From positions 12,760 to 76,759 of the forward strand of contig JAUCBJ010001051.1 of assembly GCA_032718475.1 (NCBI GenBank): a stretch of DNA of 64,000 bases, written 5' to 3'. This DNA comes from Nemertoderma westbladi (lineage: Eukaryota > Animalia > Xenacoelomorpha). The position numbers and the translations under genes were made by a program. The notes below the pieces were generated by a model, which searched no databases, had not been told where the DNA came from, and worked only from the letters and a program-made list of their open reading frames with translations. Every line of letters begins with the position of its first letter. Position 1 is the stretch's first letter. This document shows, piece after piece, positions 33,201-42,495 of this stretch.

Positions 33201-36200
33201 ATCCCAAAAGCCTGGATGGTCATCCAGTACTCTACCGGTTTCTGGTTGAGGTCTCCTTCAGGCCACCACAGAAATCTCAGGCTGTCTCTATCTCTATCCA
33301 GCGCCTTGACTTGTAAGAACATTCCTTCGATATCGGAAGCGAACGCGATGGAATATTGTCTTAATCTCAAAAGTATTCCCAACAAAGATTGGAGTAAGTT
33401 GGGTCCGGGTAACAACTCGGAATTAAGGGATTGGCCCATATATAGAGCAGAGCCATCGAATACGACTCGTACTTCATGGGGTTTACCGGGTTTGGGAACG
33501 TAATGATGTGTTAAGTAATACGTTCTCTCGGTCACTGGTGTTCCTTCCGGTACTAGCTCCGCGTATCCCTTTGTTATAAATTTCTTCAGCTGAGTTTGAT
33601 ACATTTCTTTGGCTGAAGTATTAGCCGTAAGGCGTCGATGTAATTGAGCGATTCTTTTCTCTGCCAAGGGTCTGTTATTTATAAATCTAGGTTCTCGTTT
33701 TCGAAATGGCAGGCCGATTTCATACCTACCTTGGTCTTTTAAAAAACGTGTAGTTGTTTCCTGGATTTGCTTGTCTCTTTCTTCTTCTATCGATAGAGCC
33801 TTATCATATGAATTGGGCTCTACCAGTTCCTGAGTAAAGAATCGTACGGCCAGTTCGTCCCGAGTTCTAGCGTTGCAGCGCTCTATCTCATCGTTGAGTT
33901 CGTCATTGTAAGCGATGGGTTCCGATGGGCGAATCAGTTGACACAGGTTCACTTCATCTTTCCAAGTTTGGTTTTCTGTAAGGAGGTCGATGGTGTTTTC
34001 TTCATCGAATAGTTGATAAGTGTCATCGTTATCTGAGGAGTATGGTGTTCCCTCAGTTAGTTCGTCCACCTCACTGTTCTCCTCGCACCAATCACTCACT
34101 TGGTATACTCGTTCTTGGGGTCTTCTCTCTTCGAGAGTCCTGCGGGAAGGGCCAGTAAAGTACCAACCTACTCTAGTTCTTACCGCATAGGGTTGCAGAG
34201 GCTGCGGTTGAGCAGGCCGTTTCTCCAATGTTTCGAGCGCCTCGTGCGCGTTTTGGCCGATGAGTATTTGCACTCCAGGATAATCTGTTTGGAATCGAGG
34301 TACCTTAAGATGTTGGATGCTCTCATCCTCGTCCCAATTATATAGGTCTGCTTGAGTAGTAGCGAAGTTCTTTATAGCCACCATTTTTACCGACCTGATA
34401 CCTTGTGATCCTGATTTATCCTGGGGAGTGGACAACACACCTACATAGTACTCTGCCGTTAGGGTAGATTTCCAAACCTGCATAATTCCTGACATATTCA
34501 ATTTTGTCCGGAATTTGGGTTGTCCAGCAAAGATGTCTTCGGCTAATTCTTGATCTATGAATGTTCCTGTGCTGCCGGAGTCAAGGAGTGCATTCACTAT
34601 GTAACTGTGGTTTGGTCCGTGAACTCTTACTTGCACTACAGGAAATTCTCTGATTCCTACATTGGAAGTTGGAGTTTTCCAAGATGGTTGTTTGTCAAAG
34701 GTAGTTGGGGGAAACTCATTGGTGGTGTCCTTTTCATAAGTAAGTGCTCGATACACTGCGGTATTAATTAGATAACAGGATTCGTTGGTGTCGGAGAATT
34801 CGTCAGTATAGAATCCTTCCATCTCAGACTCCTGATCAGTGTCATTTACATCACTGAATTGGACATGCAGTTCGGGCTCGCTTACCTGACTCTGTTTGTC
34901 TCGTTCGAACTCACTGTGTAACAAGATGTGATGTTTCGCGCCACACTTTTCACACTTTATGTCGGAGTAACAGGTTCGCCGTTGGTGTCCTGGTCTGAGG
35001 CAATTATAGCATAACCGCTTGTCCCACACAACTGTACGTCTATCTACAAGGGATTTCTTTAGAAATTCCGCACACGCACTCAAACGGTGGGTCCCGTCGC
35101 ACAGCGCACAGTTAGGTTTTATGTTACTTACTTTACCTTGGGTAACCTGATGCACTCTCGTTCTTTCTTCGGGCTTTCTTCCGCGCATTCTGTTAGGAGA
35201 CTGAGGAGGGGTCTTGGCAACCTGTTCTCTCCTATCGTGGTTTCGAGCCTTGTATTTACTTACATCTTTTGAGTTTTTGTCAACGTAGTAAGATCTCTCA
35301 GTATCTTTCCCGCTGTCCTCTTCTTGCGAAGCTTGGCTTTCGCCGTCGTCAGTGTAACACACCGGTGTTACTCTTCTCCTAGAAGCGGGTTTCTCACTTA
35401 CCTTATTTTCCGATGTTTTCTCTCTGGACTGCTTGATGAGTTGTAGTTTCACCTCACCATCTAAGAAGGTCATGAGATCCGCCATGGTAGGACTTCGTCG
35501 TTGTTGTTCATTCATGTACAACACTTTCTTGTCCCAGCGCGTACATACTCCACCCTTTGGTAAAGTAGAGACTACGGCTCCAATAACCATGGAACTCTGG
35601 TATTCATGAGACTTACCTAACCAGTCCAATTGTCGACAGATCTCCTGAATTTCATCGGAAAACTCTATAATCCCGCTACTAAGGAAGTGTCGGGGGGCTA
35701 CTAGTTTTGCATACAAATACTTAGCTATGTTATCCTTGTTACCATACCTGATGTTTAATGTATCCCAAACTTGTCTCAATCCTTCTGGATGTCCAATAAA
35801 CTTTAACGCCATTAACTTGGGAGGTCCTTCCAAGCACTTGATGAGGAATCTAAGTTTCTCTCCGTTAGATAGTACAGAGTTTTGTATGCTATCTTTGTAA
35901 TATTCGTTGAAAGGTAACCATTTCATCTCATCTCCATTGAATTTGACGATCTCTCCCACTTTGACCGCTTGGCGGGCTTCTGTTCTAGCCATCTGACGCG
36001 TAAAGCTTTCTTGGGCCATCGTGTTATTTAATATCGAATTATCGGTATATAAATTTCTCGGATCATTATCAGGTCTATAGGGAATATCATTAACAACAGG
36101 TCTATATTCACCCTTAATAGGGTTTGTTATAGGGGTTTCTACTTCACTAGCAGTATAGATGCGTGTAGGCTCCACACCTTGCGCATGTAATACTTCAGAC

Positions 36201-38371
36201 CTAACAGGTTGGCACAATGTTACAGGGGGTATTGGTATGCCCTTTTGTATATTGACTAATTTGTCGCGTTCTAGCGCGATACTTTGCTGCACTTCTTGCA
36301 ATTCGGCCCTACCTTCCCTTACTGTTCCCTTAAGCTGGTGGACAGTCTCCTGCATCTGTCCGAGCAGGAGGTTCATCCCCCGCCGTCCCTCCTCTACCCA
36401 CTCAACCGCCGAAGCGGGAGTCGCCAACATTGTAGCGGGCTGACGCGGGACGACGGGAGACAAATCTTTGATTCCTCTCTCAATGCTCAGGACAGGGGTA
36501 TTCGCATGGACTGTTCCACCGGGTACAGGCAGTGTAGTACTGTGTAAGGGGAATTTAGAGCTAAGCTCTGGAAGTACAGGGGTCTCTAGCACAGAAGTGA
36601 CTTTGGGAACAACAGGCCTAATTATCTCAGGTTCATCAACTATGGTAGGGAGTCTGTTGACAGTAATAATTCGGTCTGTGGGTTCTGTACTACCTACTGT
36701 TGTGCTAGCTAATTGTCTTCTAACAGCCGGGGGCAAATCAGGCAATTTATGACGGTGAGATGTTTTTCTACGCCTGCTTAGACGAGATCTATTTCCTCCA
36801 CCTTCAGGATCGGTGGTATCCCCTTCCTCCGATGATGTATAGCCTTGGCGTTTGGAAGTAGATAGACTCATCATCTGCATTCGACTGTCTGTTAACTGCC
36901 TACCGATGCTGTCTTGCGTCTCCTGCAGATTTTCCAACTCCAGCTGGGCGGTCTCCTCAGACGCTCTCTGTACTGCTTCTGCCACTGCCTCCGCCGCCTT
37001 TCTTTCCGCCTTTCTGTCTGCTTCTGCCTTGGCCTCTGCTGACTTTATTTCCGCTTTTCTGTCTGCTTCTGCCTTTGCCTCTGCTGACTTTATTTCCGCT
37101 TTTCTGTCTGCTTCTGCCTTTGCCTCTGCTGACTTTATTTCCGCTTTTCTGTCTGCTTCTGCTGTTGCCAATGCCGCTGCTATTGCTGCTGCCTTTTTGT
37201 CTTCAATCCGCCTTTTCTTTACTTGTTCTTCTTGGACTTTAGTGAGGCGGAGTTTTTCATCAAATTCAGCTTGGTTAGCAGCTAACATTTCAGCATCGAT
37301 TGAGTCTAACACACGCTGGGTTCCTTCACTATTAGGGGAAAGTCCAGACAGTCGTCGCCTCAACTCTTCGTCTCCTAGGAATCGCTGATAGTCGGACAGG
37401 TAAATGTCGATGGCGTCTCTCGTTCGTGGCTTTTCTGCGGTCTCTTCGCCTTCCACTTGAGAAAGGGTGGCATCGGTTGGTTCTTCATAAGTTAGTCTCT
37501 CAGACAGCTGGGATTTCCACTGGTCCGTTTCTTGCACTTTGCGACCTACCCGCTGGAACCAAGTCTTAACAGAAACCTGCAGCGACGTGTCCTGTCTTCT
37601 TTTGGAAGTTTCCTCAAAGGCTGATAGGATTATTCTAATACGTAGGGTTCTTTCACGTACTTGATATAGCAGCTCTTCCTGCTCTTGAGGTCCCTGTGGT
37701 TGTCGAAACAGTTGTTCTTCTAATCGCTCTAAGGAGCCGAAGAACCCTTGCACATATCCTGCTGCCGACCTCTTCCAAACAGCTGGATCCATTGTATCTT
37801 TAGTCACTCCCATCCGGTGGATATCTTCCCAAGTAGCTTCGGACAGATCTAATGGGAGTCCGGGTCCAGGAAAGTTCCATTGTGATTCGACAATAGACAT
37901 CAATTCTTCCCTGGCGTATCCCGCATAATTATCTTGGGTCGCTCTCTTATTTCTCGCCCAATCGGCTTGATGTTCCTCCACCGCAATCAATATAGTGGTT
38001 AGCACTGCGGCAGGAAGGGTGAGAAGGGGGTCCGAGTAGGCTGTAGCCGCCATCTGCAATCCGCGTTCGGGGGTCAGCTCAACAGTATCCGAACTACTGG
38101 AGCTATCGGATCGCTGGGAACAAGTTTCTTGACTAGGCGGTTGCTGCTGTGGGACAGCTGCTTCCTGGTTCCGTTTGACTTGGGCCCGAGTGCCGATGAT
38201 AGACCTACGATGTTGGATTAGCCTAGGGTCTGATACTACTGGTGGGGGAATGACCTTTCTTTCAGTAGGAGGTGAGCTGAACTCCTTTCTTAATCGCTCC
38301 ACACTCCTATCTGTGTCACAGATGGTTGTATCGATTAGACTATCTGACAGGTTTTGCTGAGTGTCAGACAT
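30212..38371 (-). CDS. BEL/Pao Gag-Pol polyprotein (2719 aa)
   Basis: DUF1759-like Gag (KFNGDEMKWLPF...EKLRFL); three Cys/His knuckles (CALCDGTH, CYNCLRPGH, CEKCGAKHH); protease ALLDSGS; RT YMDD; RNase H LHVFGDAS and PRAELKAA; integrase GVDLFGP, SDKGTNF, GGSWERLIRSVK. Confidence 0.97.
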   Translation of the reverse strand: MSDTQQNLSDSLIDTTICDTDRSVERLRKEFSSPPTERKVIPPPVVSDPRLIQHRRSIIGTRAQVKRNQEAAVPQQQPPSQETCSQRSDSSSSSDTVELTPERGLQMAATAYSDPLLTLPAAVLTTILIAVEEHQADWARNKRATQDNYAGYAREELMSIVESQWNFPGPGLPLDLSEATWEDIHRMGVTKDTMDPAVWKRSAAGYVQGFFGSLERLEEQLFRQPQGPQEQEELLYQVRERTLRIRIILSAFEETSKRRQDTSLQVSVKTWFQRVGRKVQETDQWKSQLSERLTYEEPTDATLSQVEGEETAEKPRTRDAIDIYLSDYQRFLGDEELRRRLSGLSPNSEGTQRVLDSIDAEMLAANQAEFDEKLRLTKVQEEQVKKRRIEDKKAAAIAAALATAEADRKAEIKSAEAKAEADRKAEIKSAEAKAEADRKAEIKSAEAKAEADRKAERKAAEAVAEAVQRASEETAQLELENLQETQDSIGRQLTDSRMQMMSLSTSKRQGYTSSEEGDTTDPEGGGNRSRLSRRRKTSHRHKLPDLPPAVRRQLASTTVGSTEPTDRIITVNRLPTIVDEPEIIRPVVPKVTSVLETPVLPELSSKFPLHSTTLPVPGGTVHANTPVLSIERGIKDLSPVVPRQPATMLATPASAVEWVEEGRRGMNLLLGQMQETVHQLKGTVREGRAELQEVQQSIALERDKLVNIQKGIPIPPVTLCQPVRSEVLHAQGVEPTRIYTASEVETPITNPIKGEYRPVVNDIPYRPDNDPRNLYTDNSILNNTMAQESFTRQMARTEARQAVKVGEIVKFNGDEMKWLPFNEYYKDSIQNSVLSNGEKLRFLIKCLEGPPKLMALKFIGHPEGLRQVWDTLNIRYGNKDNIAKYLYAKLVAPRHFLSSGIIEFSDEIQEICRQLDWLGKSHEYQSSMVIGAVVSTLPKGGVCTRWDKKVLYMNEQQRRSPTMADLMTFLDGEVKLQLIKQSREKTSENKVSEKPASRRRVTPVCYTDDGESQASQEEDSGKDTERSYYVDKNSKDVSKYKARNHDRREQVAKTPPQSPNRMRGRKPEERTRVHQVTQGKVSNIKPNCALCDGTHRLSACAEFLKKSLVDRRTVVWDKRLCYNCLRPGHQRRTCYSDIKCEKCGAKHHILLHSEFERDKQSQVSEPELHVQFSDVNDTDQESEMEGFYTDEFSDTNESCYLINTAVYRALTYEKDTTNEFPPTTFDKQPSWKTPTSNVGIREFPVVQVRVHGPNHSYIVNALLDSGSTGTFIDQELAEDIFAGQPKFRTKLNMSGIMQVWKSTLTAEYYVGVLSTPQDKSGSQGIRSVKMVAIKNFATTQADLYNWDEDESIQHLKVPRFQTDYPGVQILIGQNAHEALETLEKRPAQPQPLQPYAVRTRVGWYFTGPSRRTLEERRPQERVYQVSDWCEENSEVDELTEGTPYSSDNDDTYQLFDEENTIDLLTENQTWKDEVNLCQLIRPSEPIAYNDELNDEIERCNARTRDELAVRFFTQELVEPNSYDKALSIEEERDKQIQETTTRFLKDQGRYEIGLPFRKREPRFINNRPLAEKRIAQLHRRLTANTSAKEMYQTQLKKFITKGYAELVPEGTPVTERTYYLTHHYVPKPGKPHEVRVVFDGSALYMGQSLNSELLPGPNLLQSLLGILLRLRQYSIAFASDIEGMFLQVKALDRDRDSLRFLWWPEGDLNQKPVEYWMTIQAFGIISSPSNACSVVRTTANDNRDSFSKEVIDNIKRNIYMDDNLRSLPAVEEAIAVAKGMVECLKRGGFRLTKFTSNSREFLEAIPVEDRGAKDLDLIKDDLPETKTLGLKWDTERDILFFQLKQRDNPVRTKRICLSILSTYFDPLGFISPVILIARSLVQQMWLENHSWDDPLKGELLKKWMKWEDSLPAIENFIISRAYFGHVLPTYSYQLHVFGDASDMGIGIVAYLRVETPEGIKVALVTSKALINNKLKVPRAELKAALYATAIGRNVTEQIDYPLEKTVYWTDALLVLEYLTNEVCQFSVFVTNRVAIILSRTKIDQWRHCPGMINPANIASRGATPQELIDTPDWLSGPDFLSKEEDEWPPHLTTAEIRQAKGAETVKPKTRASKSKLFKPTIDLSVLQVSGNDDSDPQSLAINKSVAEIRDRDWKSGIPDVSQGISPLLQRAMHHYSSWNRLCKAVTYLKRCFHHHYSRTKTTSDNAPLTSAQVHVIKNLPKYKVSDSFLKEKISHQEHEETNKQILRLLQCYEDSEKYCLLLRNPQMRLRDRFSSTMIDGLIRVGGRLTNAPLSFDTKFPILIRNLEVQIKMIVDVHSKLYHAGRERVLSEIRTRYYFDKPRRALNQVLRNCIPCRKVFSRPLTQREAELPRERVSFYEPPFTNTGVDLFGPIEVYRARTIVKRWCVIFVCMTCRAIHLDMVNDLSTNSFVLSLRRQIARFGTSNTMRSDKGTNFIGANNEIQAYVKDWNQRQVDDQLRITASSWTFNAADAPWWGGSWERLIRSVKTAFHFIVPCRAYLTDELLRTLMEEIAAYLNERPLMPVSSSPDSLEALTPAHFLLKKPVAMLPRSEIADGDEYCRRTWQLMQLLSRRFADHFEKHYLPTLQLRTKWFAQQENVSAGDMVLIVDPDLPRKRWQTGRIIETHISEDGLVRSVELIVMRRNFKKPGIIFETQQLNRPVGRLCLLERDRELSGNYGKQDTLPTTTSLIPQTARDSQT

Positions 38372-40296
38372 GTTTAGCTATACAGTTGAATGCTTACTGC
38401 TATAGTTACAGTTAAAGCAAGTCTAGTAGTTCAGTATGACCATTGGCCTAGTACCGGTAATTACAGTATTAGAATACCGGTATATACTTATAGTATATAT
38501 AAGTATTGCAAACTAGGTTTGTCACAGAGTACCGGTATATAAATTTAGCACAAATATATATAAATATATAATAGGCCTATCGTGAATACCGGTATACAGC
38601 TTACACTTATAGTATATATAAGTATAATTATGAACTAGAATTAATTACAGAATACCGGTATGATTTTACTCAAATTTATAGAAATAAATATAATAAGCCT
38701 ATGGTAAATACCGGTATGTCAACTATTTTAGAATAATTGAATTTCTGAATATTTAGGGCCACTTGGTTACTTTAACTTACTTTGTTACCGTTATTTAAGC
38801 AGTAGTCCAACTGATTTTGAGACCTAGTTGTTGTATGGCAGGCCTACTACTTATAAATCGTTTGAGTTGATTTATAATATATATATACCCGTTTAAATGG
38901 GTTTTGTCAATATTTGAAATAAATGTTATTATTTCTGGGGGGTCACTACACAGAAGCTATGCGCTCTCAGTGAAGTGCTACCTATGGGACACTAAAACAG
39001 ATAATTCTAATTTACCTAAGTTACTTAATACTACAATTACTTACGATACGGGTGAGATTAAATCTCTAATTAAACTCAACAAAAATATTACGTACGAAAT
39101 TTTTAGGGTAATTTTACAGGAAGTCTACAAACCAGCCTAACAAAGGGTTAGAATTCTGGTTATTACAACGGACAGGGTACTACGGTATTTTAAAATAATA
39201 AGTAGTAGTAAATACACTGCGTTGTCCAGATAGGAAAGTACCACCGCCTGACGACCTATAACCGTATCGCTATAGGTACTACGTTATGTATCACGGATTG
39301 TTCCTACCTAGAAGTTAATTACCGCGGACTACCAGATCCAGCGTGCCTATTAACCACTTTACAACACAAATATACTGCCTACATACTAATTACTTCGGAA
39401 AGCACTGTACACTAAACCCTAAATTAGGTACAAGTACTGGTACAACAAATAATCAGTAGTTAAATATACTTGAACAGTTAAAAGAACCACGGCATCTGCT
39501 GGAGTGACCGGAGCACAAAGTCACCAGTCTTTACCTACGCCAAGCAGCCCGTGTAGTACCGGGGTTAATTTAACTATAACGGTATGTATAACAAACACAA
39601 TTACTGTAGGAATAAACTTGGGGACATGAATGTTGCGAATAATCGCATAAACTCTGAATAATAAATATTACGCTACCCGTACAGAATACTCAAATAAAAT
39701 ACAAACCAAACGCTGGCAGACTACCACCAAGCCTAAATAAACTACTGTATGTGCAGATTCCAAAATCGTTAGTTAGTATGCGTTCTAACACGGTAGTACG
39801 ACTTATTCTTTAAGAGGGGATTGACCTTACAGCAATGGCTGCCCCAACTTACTAACTGGCGCTCTATCGGACAAACTCTACACACGCCGTAATCTCTCCA
39901 AACCCAACAACAATCCGACAACAATCCGGCCTACAGTTATCTGAACAATCTGAGCAGACTTACACGTCTTCAGCTCAATATTAACTTACTAGGAAATAAA
40001 ACTGACCGAAATAGACCTAAGTAAAATCCCAATAAAAACCAGGCGTCCCCGATTTAATATCGAGACCTACCGGTATACAATAATCAAATCGAATAATACT
40101 AATGTACTTATACTGGAAGTACCGGTTAGGACAGTTGGGCCTACGGACCTACCGAAGTACCGGTTCTGGCAGTTGGACCTACGGACCTACGGCAGTACCG
40201 GTTCTGGCAGTTGGGCCTACTGACCTACAGAAGTACCGGTTCAGGTTTACCGGTCGACCGGTACTTTCAACTTTATTGCTTACTGCAATAAAGTCA

Positions 40297-40307
40297 ATGA
40301 CTGTTAT
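40297..40307 (-). other. Putative primer-binding site ATAACAGTCAT, not tRNA-like and complementary to the element's own LTR
   Basis: Abuts the 5' LTR and has no TGG. Its exact complement ATGACTGTTAT lies on the sense strand inside each LTR (41103-41113 and 19034-19044). Confidence 0.6.
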
Positions 40308-41593
40308 TGTACGCGCTTTTGAAGACCTTTAGCAGTTTAACCTGCCAAAATTTATATGTCTTTTGGTTTATCAATATACTTTAGAAGATGACAAATATTT
40401 AATACCAATAAACACAACATTAGCAGAAGCCAGCCTAGTGCGCGTCCATTCACCCGCTGGATATACCCGGGAGACTGGATTCTGAGGGCTTAGATTATTA
40501 TTGCAGTGAAGCCTACTGTATTATTCGATTGATCGTTAATAAATAATTTCTGACTAATATTATTCACTTTCGGGAAATATTAACAGTTCCTTTAGGACGT
40601 GGCGCTCTATCTAAGTAAACAGAGATATGACTTATACTAATCACAACGGTAAGTCGGTAAGGCTTATAATTCACGTATGAGGCGCATTCTTTAGGAAATG
40701 CTTAGTTATCAGTCACAATCAGGCACACTACCGGTAACACACAATACTGCTCACTAATTTGCCGACCGTCAATGTATTTTATCATATATAAAGCGAACAG
40801 CAATTGACTCTTGTAGTGCTTATCAAATAGCATTAAATTCAATACAAACCACAACAATATAAGTCGCAATCGCTATATATAACCCGCCTCTCTAACCTGT
40901 AGTGTATCAAGAAAATTGGGAAATTTGGGTTCTTTATAAACGTTCTCCAAATAATCTTCAATCAACTGATATAAAATATGACAACAGTAAAAACATTAAG
41001 ACGGTAGGTTAGGATATGATATGAACCGATATGTACAGTGATATGTACTGAGTGTCCAAATTGTGCCGTGATATGAATTGATTTGTGTTATGAATTGCAT
41101 TGATAACAGTCATACGCTCTATAATCTTAAGCCTACTAATGTTTCTTTCTAGAGCCGTTGTTTCTGGCTTAGACAGCAATAACAACAAAGTATCAGTAAA
41201 AAAACTGTAAGACTGAACAATCCCAGTATGATCGGCTCAAAGCTCCACATCGACAGAGAAAATCGCTCTGATTGGCTGAAGCCAAACAAAGAACCATGCG
41301 TCCAATGGCTGTTTCCATTTAAGCAACCAGCTGTTAGATGTCGTAATCTGAATCATCACGGCTAAGCTGTGTAAAAGTATTTGCCGTATTGCGGGTTTTT
41401 TGCCTTACCATGTCCGCTAAAACACGTATATAGAAGAATGACTTTTATGTCCGTTAAAAACACCTGTAACGGTACCTTGCGGGCAAGGGGAATATATATA
41501 CAGTTAGAGAACCCTTTTAGAGTATTCCAGCGCCTAGGGGGAAACTGGATTGCGAAGCAAAGGGGCCAGTTATATCCCACAGAAGCTTTTACA
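40308..41593 (-). repeat. BEL 5' LTR (1286 bp)
   Basis: Near-identical to 18239-19523 and followed by TSD ATGGT. Confidence 0.95.
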
Positions 41594-41789
41594 ATGGTCA
41601 TAAATTCGTATTTGCGTCACTATACTGGCAGTCTGGCAGTGGCATACTGGTACCTATTTTGTCTGCGGACTTAGCGAGAAAGCTATGATTAATTAAAAAA
41701 ATAAATACTACAAAATAAAATGGCAATATTTACATTACTGTACATTACTAACCTAAACTACTGTATACTGTATACCATGCTGCCATATG

Positions 41790-42495
41790 CAGTGCTGTTC
41801 AACTAATTTTGTAGTGACAATTTAACTAAACCCAACTAAATAATTAAAAATGACTAGTTAACTAACTTTTTCAACTAATTCTGAGGTGTCTAGTTAAATA
41901 AAAGTTAAAAAGTTAACTAAAACTTAACTAAAACACAATTTTGAAAAATACATGTAACCATAGCAACAGGTTGTTATACAACAATTACGATATCGACAGT
42001 CACTGGGCCCAAACCACAGTCAGTCGTTTTTGATGGACAGCACTGTTACAATAGCAACATGTTCAGAAATAGGTGTTATTGCTTTCAAAACCCAAACGCT
42101 TTATTATTTATCCATATACAGTATATATAAATTTATAATATAAATCTTTATATTATATAGGTAGGTAACCGGTAGGTACATTAGCACTACTGCACTAGAA
42201 GTAGAACTAGGCAACCATGGCCTCTGATAGGGTGATAGGTAAACGGCAAATAGGCCTCTGATAGAGAGGCCATTACTTTTAAGAAGACCGAATAGTACAG
42301 TGTGATCGGTAATGGTGGTATGGCTAAGGTTTGGAATTTAGTTAGAATTTAGTTGAAAGTTCAACTATTTTTCTTCAAAAAACGCTTTAACTAACTAAAT
42401 TCGTCGCGACAAATTAACTAAAACCACTTTAACTAAATAACACCAAATGACAACTTAACTAGTTGACCTTTCAACTATGTAGTTTAACAGCACTG
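41790..42495. mobile_element. hAT-type MITE (706 bp)
   Basis: TIR CAGTGCTGTT/AACAGCACTG, 8-bp TSD GCCATATG, many subterminal AACTA motifs. Confidence 0.88.

Larger units (their letters stand above)
18239..41593 (-). mobile_element. Full-length BEL/Pao LTR retrotransposon (~18.6 kb without the nested Copia) carrying an extra ORF
   Basis: Paired TG...CA LTRs, 5-bp TSD ATGGT (18234-18238 and 41594-41598), PPT GGGAGCGG abutting the 3' LTR (19524-19531), and a BEL-type Gag-Pol. Confidence 0.96.

Noticed and set aside
20553-38360. Many short plus-strand ORFs inside the Copia and BEL elements
   Set aside because: Antisense shadows of long coding frames with no independent motifs.
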